From Candidatus Pacearchaeota archaeon (lineage in GTDB: Archaea > Nanobdellota > Nanobdellia > Pacearchaeales > GW2011-AR1): a DNA stretch of 43,531 nucleotides. Shown one piece after another: positions 17,696-26,304 of this stretch. A program made the position numbers and the translations under genes. Position 1 is the first letter of the stretch; each line of letters opens with the position of its first letter. The stretch lies in assembly GCA_040879805.1 (NCBI GenBank), contig JBBDJP010000001.1:132173-175703 (forward strand), given 5' to 3'. The notes beneath the pieces were generated by a model, which saw nothing but the letters and a program-made list of their open reading frames with translations, was not told the origin of the DNA and made no database searches.

Positions 17696-18724
17696 TTAAT
17701 CAACAACACCTGCTTCAGTAATATTAAAAATGGCCTCATTGTCTGGGAGGTTTGGAGAGTCTATCATTTTTGCAACTCTACTTCCCTTTTTCCCTCTTCT
17801 AAGATAAATCCTATATGTACTTGCATGACCAATTATGTGTCCTCCTATTGCTGTTGTAGGGTCTCCAAAAAGTTGGGCAGGATTTGCCATAACTTGGTTT
17901 GTAAAATAAATTGCAAGATTATGAGTTTCAGCAAGCCTCATCAAATTGTGAATATATCTATTTAGTTTTTGTTGTCTATCTGCAAGTTGTCCTCTTCCAG
18001 AGTACTCTGCCCTAAAATGAGCTGTGAGAGAATCAATTATCAAAAGCTTTATAGGTTCTCCTTTTTTAATCATTTCAGAAACTTTTTCTAGCAAAAGCAT
18101 TTGATGGTCTGAATTAAATGCACGCGCAACAAGGATATTCTTAAGAACCTTCTCAGGATTAGCTCCTAAGGCCTCTGCAATCTGTTTAATCCTTGCAGGC
18201 CTAAAAGTCCCTTCAGTATCTATAAAAACACACTTACCACTTGCTCCTCCTTTCTCTATAGGCATCTGTACATTAACTGCCACAGTTAACCCAACTTGTG
18301 TTTTTCCAGAACCATAAGCCCCATAACATTCTGTTATAGATCTCGATTCAATTCCTTTTCCTCCAAGAAGTTCATCAAAATTCTTACTACCTGTAGTTAT
18401 ATTATGAATATTTTCTCTTTTTTTAGCATATGCTGTTCCATCCATAAAACCCAGATCAAGCATTTTTCTGGCGGCCTGGATTGCTTTTCTTGCGACAGTT
18501 ACACTAACTCCTGCAGAATCTGAAACAAAAGAAGGGGTTGCAACTGCAAGACTCATAAGATCACTAATTCCTGCATTCTCTAGTTTTGAAGAAACGGCAG
18601 GACCTATTCCTGGAAGATCTGTTAATTCAGGGTCTTTCTCTGGTTCTTCTTTATTCTCATCTTCTACAGCTTTCTTTATTTTTTCAGCATCTTCTTTAGA
18701 TTCCTTACTTTCACTTTTAGCCAT
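17696..18724 (-). CDS. radA: DNA repair and recombination protein RadA
   Basis: HhH N-domain LPGIG, GAYGSGKTQ, DTEGTFRP, LIIDS, FRAEYSGRGQLADRQQ. Confidence 0.97.
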   Translation of the reverse strand: MAKSESKESKEDAEKIKKAVEDENKEEPEKDPELTDLPGIGPAVSSKLENAGISDLMSLAVATPSFVSDSAGVSVTVARKAIQAARKMLDLGFMDGTAYAKKRENIHNITTGSKNFDELLGGKGIESRSITECYGAYGSGKTQVGLTVAVNVQMPIEKGGASGKCVFIDTEGTFRPARIKQIAEALGANPEKVLKNILVARAFNSDHQMLLLEKVSEMIKKGEPIKLLIIDSLTAHFRAEYSGRGQLADRQQKLNRYIHNLMRLAETHNLAIYFTNQVMANPAQLFGDPTTAIGGHIIGHASTYRIYLRRGKKGSRVAKMIDSPNLPDNEAIFNITEAGVVD

Positions 18725-18793
18725 AAACAAAAAAATAAAGCCCGATTTATAAGGATTTGTAGCCTCTAGTTACATATTAATCTTTTAAATAAT

Positions 18794-19249
18794 TTAAAAA
18801 TCTGAAATGTCAATTTCTCCTTTCTTAGTTAAATTTTTAGGAATTCTATATTCTTCCCACCTAATTCTTTTATTTTTAACAGCATCTTTAAGTTTTTTTT
18901 CAGAGAAAGAAAGACGAGAGCCACTGCTTTTAACTTCTACAAACACAACTTCACTTATTTCTTTATCATCCATCCCTTCAAAAACAATTAAATCTATTGG
19001 CTTTCCTAAAAATCTACATTCTGTGGGTTTATAAGGAAAATCTGGAAGAAATGGTGCAAGCTGCTCTGAGAATTGACCTCCAAGAACTGCACGCGATCTC
19101 ATAATTGCATCTTTTCTATGATTTGGTAAAAGCTCTGTTTCCCAATGAACATCTCTATTCTTCGCGCCAACTCTATTCCCTAAAAAATAGGCTATTGCCA
19201 AACCTAATAAAAAAATAGCTAAGAAAATTATGTTGTTTAAGTCTACCAT
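18794..19249 (-). CDS. Membrane-anchored Holliday-junction-resolvase-like PD-(D/E)xK endonuclease
   Basis: N-terminal TM; RKDAIMRSRAVLGGQFSEQLAP, RFLGKPID, FVEVKS. Confidence 0.85.
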   Translation of the reverse strand: MVDLNNIIFLAIFLLGLAIAYFLGNRVGAKNRDVHWETELLPNHRKDAIMRSRAVLGGQFSEQLAPFLPDFPYKPTECRFLGKPIDLIVFEGMDDKEISEVVFVEVKSSGSRLSFSEKKLKDAVKNKRIRWEEYRIPKNLTKKGEIDISDF

Positions 19250-19250
19250 T

Positions 19251-20198
19251 TTATTTATTTTCTAAATTAGAGATAATTTTATCCAGGTTAACTTCCTTGG
19301 CTCTTTCGGCAATTATCTCAAGATTATTAAAATAATCATTCTGTCTTACATTTCCTGAAAAAATCATTTCTTTACCAAGGAGATTTTCTTTCTGAGATGA
19401 AAGTTTCTCAGGGTCTTCTAAATCCGTTAATCCTATCTCCTTAATCACTTCATGAAATAAAACAGTCCTGATTGATTCTGTACCATCATCTAAAACTAAT
19501 GTTAAAACTGCTCTTTTTTCTGGAGCAACCTTGTTATGGGTTTTACAAACAAAATCATCTCCTGATTTTTCCACTTTCTTTCCACATTCTGAACAAACAT
19601 TAAAAAATCTAGGTTCAAAAACCTGAACAATAAATGCCCTGATCTCAGCAACCTCTCCTTTAGAAATATCTTCTATACTTTTTTCATTGTAAACCCTCTC
19701 TGTTTTTATTTTTTCAAATTTTTTATCACTCTTTTTTATTTCAGAAAAACTTCCAAGATGTAGTTCTCCTTCCCTCATAGATCCATTAGAAATTTCTACA
19801 GACACTCCTTCTTTAATAATTCCATCTTCAATTTTCTTGATTAAATTAGTATCCCAAAGAACTACTTTTATATTTGAAGTATCATCAGCAATCCAAAAAT
19901 TGACAACTTTGGACTCTTCTCCTTTTTTTGTTTTAAATGTTCTTACGGGAGACATCCTAAAAACCTGTCCCACCACACTGACTTTCCTCATTCCTGGAAG
20001 GAGCTCATCCACTTTTAATTTTTCATTTTCAAAAGAAATTCCAAGCTCCGACGCAACAATTTGTGCAGCACCTTCTTTACTAATAAACCCTGAAAGTTTT
20101 GCCCTCTTTCTATCAATTCTATCTTCAATTTCACCTACAGTGCTTCCAGAAGATTCTGCAACTTTTTCAACGATTCTTTGGTAATTGTCTTTAGCCAT
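19251..20198 (-). CDS. rpa: Replication protein A / OB-fold ssDNA-binding protein
   Basis: GFISKEGAAQIVA N-domain, OB fold ADDTSNIKVVLW, Zn finger CSEC...CKTH, LDDGTESIR. Confidence 0.85.
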   Translation of the reverse strand: MAKDNYQRIVEKVAESSGSTVGEIEDRIDRKRAKLSGFISKEGAAQIVASELGISFENEKLKVDELLPGMRKVSVVGQVFRMSPVRTFKTKKGEESKVVNFWIADDTSNIKVVLWDTNLIKKIEDGIIKEGVSVEISNGSMREGELHLGSFSEIKKSDKKFEKIKTERVYNEKSIEDISKGEVAEIRAFIVQVFEPRFFNVCSECGKKVEKSGDDFVCKTHNKVAPEKRAVLTLVLDDGTESIRTVLFHEVIKEIGLTDLEDPEKLSSQKENLLGKEMIFSGNVRQNDYFNNLEIIAERAKEVNLDKIISNLENK

Positions 20199-20303
20199 TA
20201 TTCTAAAAAAGTCCTCTTGTTTTTAAGTATTGTTGTTGGAAAAATATATACTCTTGAAAAATGAAACCGATAACTTTTAAAGGATATTTATTTAATTTAT
20301 TTC

Positions 20304-20573
20304 ATGGGAACAATGATTATAAAATTAAAGGTAATGTTAGAATCTCCAGAAACAAATGTCGAAGAAATTCAGAAAAAAGTTAGCCAAAAAATGGATTCTC
20401 AAGAAGTAAATAGTCCCCGATTTGAGGTTCAGCCAATAGCATTTGGACTAAAAGCACTCATGGTTCTTTTTGAATGGCCTGAGGAAAAAGAGCTTGAGGA
20501 ATTTCAAAAATCCTTAGAAAATATTGAAGGAGTCAGATCTATAGAAGTTGTTGATATGAGAAGAGCTCTCTAA
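20304..20573 (+). CDS. ef1b: Elongation factor 1-beta
   Basis: KVMLESPE, QPIAFGLKAL, IEGVRSIEV. Confidence 0.93.
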   Translation: MGTMIIKLKVMLESPETNVEEIQKKVSQKMDSQEVNSPRFEVQPIAFGLKALMVLFEWPEEKELEEFQKSLENIEGVRSIEVVDMRRAL

Positions 20574-20626
20574 AGATAATTTTATGAAACCAACAAACTT
20601 ATTAAACAAAAATTCTTTCCACATTT

Positions 20627-21274
20627 ATGTCTTTAAATCAAGAACAAGCAAAGGCAATAAAAGAACAGTTAATCCAAAACATTGATAAAAGTTTTCCAGA
20701 AGATAAAAAGGAATTTGCAAAAAGCCAAATAAATTCCATGGATTCTGGTCAACTTGAAGAATTTCTTAAAAAAAATAATCTGAAAATTGAGGGAAACAAT
20801 TTAACAAGTACAAACGAAGGAACATCTCAATGTATTTTTTGTTCAATTATTTCAGAAGATGTCGACTCCTATAAGATAGCTGAAAATAATGATTCTGCTG
20901 CTTTTCTTGAAATAAATCCTCTTTCAGAAGGCCACTCTATTGTGATTCCAAAAGATCACATCTCCTCTGTTGAAGATATGCCTCCAACCGCTTTTCTCCT
21001 AAGTAAAAAAATAACGAAAAAAATAAAAGAAACTCTCAAACCTAAGAAAGTTGAGGTTTCCTCCTCAAACATGTTTGGCCATGAAATAATAAATGTTATT
21101 CCTGTTTATGGTAATGAAATTCCTTCCGAAAAACAGCAGGCAAAGCCTGAAAGATTAAAAGAATTACAAAAAATTCTCTGGACAGATGAAAAAGAAGATG
21201 TTGAAGAAAAAACTGGACCTAGAATTATAAATCTTGATTCTGAAAAAATTTGGCTTCCGAAAAGAATTCCTTGA
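20627..21274 (+). CDS. HIT-family protein with N-terminal extension and degenerate triad
   Basis: CIFC, AFLEINPLSEGHSIVIPKDH; triad region reads GHEIINVIP. Confidence 0.85.
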   Translation: MSLNQEQAKAIKEQLIQNIDKSFPEDKKEFAKSQINSMDSGQLEEFLKKNNLKIEGNNLTSTNEGTSQCIFCSIISEDVDSYKIAENNDSAAFLEINPLSEGHSIVIPKDHISSVEDMPPTAFLLSKKITKKIKETLKPKKVEVSSSNMFGHEIINVIPVYGNEIPSEKQQAKPERLKELQKILWTDEKEDVEEKTGPRIINLDSEKIWLPKRIP

Positions 21275-21337
21275 ATTTAACAAAAATATTTTAAAACTAA
21301 TATTAAATGATTTCCTTTAGCTAAGTGATTTTGAATT

Positions 21338-22177
21338 TTATATTAAACCAAAAAAACCTTTTTGCCAAAAATAAATAAAAGCTAAAAAAGTTAGTAAAAA
21401 AACAGGAGAAAATGGAACTCCTTGCCTTATCAAAACATATTTATGCTTTTTTCTTATTAAGAATATCTCTTCCTTACTCAATCCTTCCCACCTTGCCTTT
21501 ATTGACTTCTTTCCTATTTTCAAATTTTTATAAAGCCAGTCTCCTTCAGTGAGCTTAGTTGTTTTTATCTTCTTAATCATGCAAGATTCATCAACAGATT
21601 TGGTATAAATATATAGCCAAGGAAAAATAAAAAATAGTATTCCAAAATAGAGAAATATCTCTTCAATAAATCCAAGAATAATAAATATAATTGCAGTCAA
21701 AACAATCCACGTGAGTAAAATTCTATTTTGTTTAAATTGTTTTGAAAATTCTCTTTGAAATTTTCTAAAATTTATTAGACTCAGATAAATGCTTGCACTT
21801 AAACTATACAGTGCACCTAATAACAAAAAGAGTAAAAGAAAAATTGCAAATATCTTAACATTCGTATTTAGATCCATTGCGAAAGGAATGACTGGTCCTA
21901 AGGCCATGAATAATTTTGCATCTCCCCCTGCAAAAAATTTTACATAATAAAGAAGATGTCCAATTACTATAAAGATTATCAAACCCATCAATCCCTGATA
22001 AAAAAAGCCAAAATCAGGTCCATTAAATAATGAATAAAAGAACCTTAATGCCATTGCGAAAATTATCAAAGAAAAACTAATCCAATTAGAAATCTCGTTT
22101 GTCTTTAAGTCCTGAAATGTTGCGAAAATTATCCAGATAAATGCCAAAACAATTAAAAAAATAATTTCCAAACTCAT
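21338..22177 (-). CDS. Prepilin peptidase (A24, PibD/FlaK/EppA-like)
   Basis: Polytopic; catalytic Asp motifs QDLK and GGDAK; C-terminal LTEGDW and GVPFSP. Confidence 0.92.
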   Translation of the reverse strand: MSLEIIFLIVLAFIWIIFATFQDLKTNEISNWISFSLIIFAMALRFFYSLFNGPDFGFFYQGLMGLIIFIVIGHLLYYVKFFAGGDAKLFMALGPVIPFAMDLNTNVKIFAIFLLLFLLLGALYSLSASIYLSLINFRKFQREFSKQFKQNRILLTWIVLTAIIFIILGFIEEIFLYFGILFFIFPWLYIYTKSVDESCMIKKIKTTKLTEGDWLYKNLKIGKKSIKARWEGLSKEEIFLIRKKHKYVLIRQGVPFSPVFLLTFLAFIYFWQKGFFGLI

Positions 22178-22215
22178 AAAAAAGTTTAGTTATTTTTATT
22201 TATAAAATGTGCTAA

Positions 22216-22341
22216 TTACTTTGATTTTTTCTTAGACTTTTCTCTATTTCTTTCTTTGCCCCCAGTCTTGTAAGGGTGTTTCTTTTTTTCCTTTTTTTTG
22301 CCTTTTCGAGTGTTTCTTTTTTGAGGCATTCCATATTCCAT
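22216..22341 (-). CDS. Small Lys/Arg-rich hypothetical protein (41 aa; alternative start 22329)
   Basis: Manual translation MEYGMPQKRNTRKGKKKEKKKHPYKTGGKERNREKSKKKSK*; TTTAAATA at 22361-22368. Confidence 0.6.
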   Translation of the reverse strand: MEYGMPQKRNTRKGKKKEKKKHPYKTGGKERNREKSKKKSK

Positions 22342-22434
22342 ATGAAAATTAAGATCTGGTTATTTAAATAATTTGGGAATTAATAATCTGAATTTTCCAC
22401 TTATGCTGTGTTTGGCTACCCTGATTGCAAAATT

Positions 22435-22788
22435 CTAACAATCTATCTGAGGACAACCTTGAATTCCATATTGTCTTAATTCTTCATTGTCAGGATTAGA
22501 AAGTTCAGAACAAGTAGAAGTCACCTCTTCTCCCCCTGCTCTTAAATTTCTTTCTTGAGAACAGAATGCAAAAATATTTTCAGTGGTACATGCCACTTGA
22601 CATTGTGAATTTATGGTGTCAATATTATCTTGCTGTATCCAAGGTAGAAGCGTCTGCCAACCAAAGAAAAACCCTATAGCTAAAACTGCTAAAACAATTA
22701 CTCCTAAAATTATTAAAACTATTGCATTTGTACTCAATCCTTGACCCCTAATATCTCTTAAGAATCTCTCTCTCTTTTTTCCTTGCAT
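22435..22788 (-). CDS. Type IV pilin-like protein, Cys-rich C-terminal domain
   Basis: Class III-like signal RG/QGLST + hydrophobic helix; 6 Cys. Confidence 0.8.
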   Translation of the reverse strand: MQGKKRERFLRDIRGQGLSTNAIVLIILGVIVLAVLAIGFFFGWQTLLPWIQQDNIDTINSQCQVACTTENIFAFCSQERNLRAGGEEVTSTCSELSNPDNEELRQYGIQGCPQIDC

Positions 22789-22804
22789 GTTAAACTTAGG
22801 GTTA

Positions 22805-22833
22805 TTTTGTTTAAAAATGTTTTTGTTTAAAAA
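22805..22833. repeat. 13-bp direct repeat x2 (TTTTGTTTAAAAA)
   Basis: Copies at 22805-22817 and 22821-22833. Confidence 0.6.
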
Positions 22834-22835
22834 GC

Positions 22836-23141
22836 CTAGCCTGGCAAAAAATAAGTTACAGTAATTCCCTCTCCTTCTAAAAAAATGTGTCTTCTCCCGC
22901 TTAAATCATACTCAATACTCACTAAACCATCTATCTCTTCTTTAGAAAAACCTAATTCATCATAAACCTGAATTTTCTCTTCCAGAACTATTGCTTTTTC
23001 TAAAATTCCTTGATTCAAAAAATTCTCACTTACTTTTTTATCTGAAAGATAAAAGCTTAATAAAGCTAATCCACAAACTGCTAAAACTCCAATGACCAAA
23101 ATTGTTATTGGAATATCTCCTCTTTTATTTTTTATTTTCAT
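22836..23141 (-). CDS. Type IV pilin-like protein
   Basis: KRG/DIPIT + hydrophobic helix. Confidence 0.75.
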   Translation of the reverse strand: MKIKNKRGDIPITILVIGVLAVCGLALLSFYLSDKKVSENFLNQGILEKAIVLEEKIQVYDELGFSKEEIDGLVSIEYDLSGRRHIFLEGEGITVTYFLPG

Positions 23142-23647
23142 TTTGGATTCCTCCTCATAACAACTTCAAAAGATTTATCTTCAAAATAAATTTCTTCTTT
23201 AATAATTGAAAACAAATCAGGATTAGTATCTTCTCCAGTTAAAGTAATATCTGTTCTTCTTCCAAAATAATCATTTGAAGTTTGAGGTAGTAATAACCTA
23301 TTTGAAACTAATCCTACCCAAATTCCAGAATATTCCTCACCATAAAAACCTATAAAAATTTCCTTGGCAAGTTCTCCATTAAACTCATTTAAATTATCTT
23401 CTTCCTCTAACTGACTATAAACTATAACATCTTCAGTATTGTGTGTTAAAAGATAAGAAAAAAAAGATTTTGACACAAAATAATCTTTTTCTCCAGAGGT
23501 AGAAATTTTTTTATTTTTCCAGAGAGGTGTTGTGGAAACAAAAACAGATATTAAAAGAATTGAAACAATTATGATTGTAGCAACTAACCATGTGACTGTT
23601 TCACTCATCTGTCCAGATTTATTCTTTTTAATAAACATTTTTTTCAA
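23138..23647 (-). CDS. Type IV pilin-like protein
   Basis: KSG/QMSET + hydrophobic helix. Confidence 0.75.
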   Translation of the reverse strand: MKKMFIKKNKSGQMSETVTWLVATIIIVSILLISVFVSTTPLWKNKKISTSGEKDYFVSKSFFSYLLTHNTEDVIVYSQLEEEDNLNEFNGELAKEIFIGFYGEEYSGIWVGLVSNRLLLPQTSNDYFGRRTDITLTGEDTNPDLFSIIKEEIYFEDKSFEVVMRRNPK

Positions 23648-24125
23648 CTTTTTTAACTGATGACATTACTTTAACTTCATACTGTTTGTTTTCTCTATCT
23701 AAAGAATAAAAACTTTTTTCAAAACAAACTGGGAAACCCTTTCCTTCTAATCTACAATCAGATTTTAAATTATTATTTCCTGCAAAACCAAATACAATTT
23801 CTTCTTTTGAATCAAAACTGTAAACTCCAAACTCAAAATAATATTGTCCTTCCTGCTTCCAATCAAAAACATCTTCAACTTCAAAATTTAACCTGCAATG
23901 TTCAATCAAGTTTTCATTGAAATCTTCTTCAAAAATTTCCTCCTTTAAATAAGGGCCTTCTGTCAAACAATTTGCAACTTTTTCTGCTAAAATTTCTGCT
24001 TCAGCTTTACGAACATCATAAGGTTCACCATAGAATGAAATAACCATATAAACAACTCCTGCTGCAACTATAAACAAAATTGCAAACCAATATACTGAGA
24101 TAAGTTTTTCTCCTTTTTTATTCAT
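23628..24125 (-). CDS. Type IV pilin-like protein
   Basis: KKG/EKLIS + hydrophobic helix; 4 Cys. Confidence 0.75.
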   Translation of the reverse strand: MNKKGEKLISVYWFAILFIVAAGVVYMVISFYGEPYDVRKAEAEILAEKVANCLTEGPYLKEEIFEEDFNENLIEHCRLNFEVEDVFDWKQEGQYYFEFGVYSFDSKEEIVFGFAGNNNLKSDCRLEGKGFPVCFEKSFYSLDRENKQYEVKVMSSVKKVEKNVY

Positions 24126-24126
24126 T

Positions 24127-24522
24127 TTATTCTATCCAAATATTATATCCTTTATTTGTATCTGTATTTAAACGAAGATCTACGCTGACATTATTAAAGA
24201 ATGAGTAACTATACCCTCCCCCATCCCTTAGTTTAACTGAAATCATATTCCCTTCTTTTGTAATTATTGTGTTAAGATCTATTCCTTCTCTTTCTGCTAT
24301 TTTTATGGCATCTTCCATTTCCAAATCTATCGACATCACCGGCTCTGCAGAATCAATTATCAATGCTACTTGTTTAGCATATTTCTCCTCAAGAACTGCT
24401 GCACTACTCATTTTAGAAAAAACAAATAAAAGAAGTATTGAAATAAAAACTAAGTTAAGAATTATGAAAATTATATTCTCTGTTAAAATATTTCCACTTT
24501 TATTGCAAATTAATTTTCTCAT
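24127..24522 (-). CDS. Type IV pilin-like protein
   Basis: KSG/NILTE (E+5) + hydrophobic helix. Confidence 0.75.
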   Translation of the reverse strand: MRKLICNKSGNILTENIIFIILNLVFISILLLFVFSKMSSAAVLEEKYAKQVALIIDSAEPVMSIDLEMEDAIKIAEREGIDLNTIITKEGNMISVKLRDGGGYSYSFFNNVSVDLRLNTDTNKGYNIWIE

Positions 24523-24523
24523 T

Positions 24524-25276
24524 TTAGGATTTTGTTATAAATTCTCTCGGAGATAAAAGTCTGTCCGAAGTTTCATCAGTAGGAATTATGTAAACTTTAA
24601 GAATTGTATCTGGCCTAAAATTTTCTCCCGTTCCGACCCTATTATCAATTCCGGTGATTATTGAATATTTTCTTGAAGTGTTTATAGAATCTGATAAACT
24701 AAAATTCACATAATTTTCTCCATCCATCTCCTCCAATGTATTTTTTGAATAAATGTATTGTAAGTATGTCTGAGAACTTGATTTTTTTGAAGTCTTTAGA
24801 TAATCATAAAATTCTTGGTAAGTTATCTCTGAAATTTGGTTTTGCAGGCTTTCATCAAACTCAACAACAGAACATATTGCAAATTCTGTGGTTCTTTCTA
24901 CCAATGCCTTGCCTCCATAGTTTATTTTTCCCTCTCCAAACATCCACCAACAATCAGACATTTCCTCTGCAAGAATATTCATTATCTCCTCCTTGTTTGG
25001 ATCTATCCTCTCTGTAACTGTGGCCCTTATATTTTCACACTCTTTACCAGATGAAATACAAACATAGTTTGTTCTACAATCTAGAGGTCCTGAAAAAACA
25101 GACTTATCTTGAAGTAAAACAGAATTGTGACAAATTTGTTTCTCATTGGTCTCTCCAAGATTTAATCTAAAAAGAAGAAATAATATAACTATAAAACTTG
25201 TTATAAGGACAATTATAGTAATTAATTGTTTTGTTGTCAGCTCTCCTTTTTTATTACCTCTTTTTAAAAAAATCAT
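24524..25276 (-). CDS. Large type IV pilin-like protein
   Basis: KKG/ELTTK + hydrophobic helix; CHNS, CWWMFGEG, several Cys; ATG 25276 preferred over TTG 25297. Confidence 0.78.
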   Translation of the reverse strand: MIFLKRGNKKGELTTKQLITIIVLITSFIVILFLLFRLNLGETNEKQICHNSVLLQDKSVFSGPLDCRTNYVCISSGKECENIRATVTERIDPNKEEIMNILAEEMSDCWWMFGEGKINYGGKALVERTTEFAICSVVEFDESLQNQISEITYQEFYDYLKTSKKSSSQTYLQYIYSKNTLEEMDGENYVNFSLSDSINTSRKYSIITGIDNRVGTGENFRPDTILKVYIIPTDETSDRLLSPREFITKS

Positions 25277-25320
25277 AATAAACTGAACATTTTCCAAATT
25301 ATAAAGTTAACGAAAAACAT

Positions 25321-25425
25321 TCAGCCTAAAATTCCTAAGCTTCGCAATAAAAAATAAATTCCTGTTAAAGCTATTCCAAAAAAAACAATCCATCCAATGT
25401 ACTTTACTAATTCTTCCAAATCCAT
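25321..25425 (-). CDS. Leaderless mini-pilin-like membrane peptide (34 aa)
   Basis: Manual translation MDLEELVKYIGWIVFFGIALTGIYFLLRSLGILG*; TGATG coupling to the upstream gene. Confidence 0.7.
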   Translation of the reverse strand: MDLEELVKYIGWIVFFGIALTGIYFLLRSLGILG

Positions 25426-25946
25426 CAATTATCCTCTGAAATTATTTTATTTTCATAATCTATAGAGAGTTTTACAGGAGGATTTTCTATAACAATCGGT
25501 TGAGTAATGTTGCCTTCCTTTTTGACAATAAAACCTTCTTCATTTTCTCTACAAACACCTTCATCAGAATTATCACTAAATTTTTGAATTACACTTTCTG
25601 TAAAAGGGAGAGATGAAAGAATCTGGCTTCCTAAACTAACATCTTTAGAAATACATATGCATTTTTCCCACCCTAAGTTAGAACATGAGTTTGGTTTAAT
25701 TTCTTCATGCGGCCAGGAAATAATGACCCATCCTTTAGGATTTAAAATTTCTACATTTCCGTTCTCTCTTTCAATCTCACCCATTAAAAAATCGAGGGAT
25801 TCTGTTGCAAATTGAAGATCTCTTGATTCTTTTCCCGAATTATAAAGGGAAAAAAGAAGAAATGCAAGAAAACCTATGGCAATTACTGCCAAAATCATTT
25901 TCAAAGTTTCTTCTGCAAGTAAAAATCCCTTTTTTGTTTTAATCAT
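25425..25946 (-). CDS. Type IV pilin-like protein
   Basis: KKG/FLLAE (F+1, E+5) + hydrophobic helix; 4 Cys. Confidence 0.82.
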   Translation of the reverse strand: MIKTKKGFLLAEETLKMILAVIAIGFLAFLLFSLYNSGKESRDLQFATESLDFLMGEIERENGNVEILNPKGWVIISWPHEEIKPNSCSNLGWEKCICISKDVSLGSQILSSLPFTESVIQKFSDNSDEGVCRENEEGFIVKKEGNITQPIVIENPPVKLSIDYENKIISEDN

Positions 25947-26101
25947 TTTATCAAGACCAACATTAAATTTATAGACTCATTCCCAGTCTTAAAAAATTCT
26001 ATAACATAATCTCTAAAAAAAGTGTAAACTCCAAAAACAACTATGGCCACTACTAAAACTCCAAGGATTATTTTAATTAAATTTTCTATTGTTAATTCCA
26101 T
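25943..26101 (-). CDS. Leaderless mini-pilin-like protein (52 aa)
   Basis: Manual translation MELTIENLIKIILGVLVVAIVVFGVYTFFRDYVIEFFKTGNESINLMLVLIK*; TAATG and ATGA couplings on both sides. Confidence 0.75.
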   Translation of the reverse strand: MELTIENLIKIILGVLVVAIVVFGVYTFFRDYVIEFFKTGNESINLMLVLIK

Positions 26102-26265
26102 TATCTCAAAATGTTTTTTATTTGTTCTATGAGAGATATCCCTCTATCCTTCAAAACAAAAATTGTAATCATTAAAATAGCCAAAACTGCTACACCTATC
26201 AAAACCCATGGAAGATAGTCAGCAATGATCCCTTTCTTAATTTTTATCAAACCCTTTTTTCCCAT
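26101..26265 (-). CDS. Flp-sized mini-pilin (54 aa), candidate major pilin
   Basis: Manual translation MGKKGLIKIKKG/IIADYLPWVLIGVAVLAILMITIFVLKDRGISLIEQIKNILR*; TTTATTAA at 26287-26294. Confidence 0.78.
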   Translation of the reverse strand: MGKKGLIKIKKGIIADYLPWVLIGVAVLAILMITIFVLKDRGISLIEQIKNILR

Positions 26266-26304
26266 AAATAAAAAAGAAGAAATGAATTAATAAATTTAAC
26301 CTTA

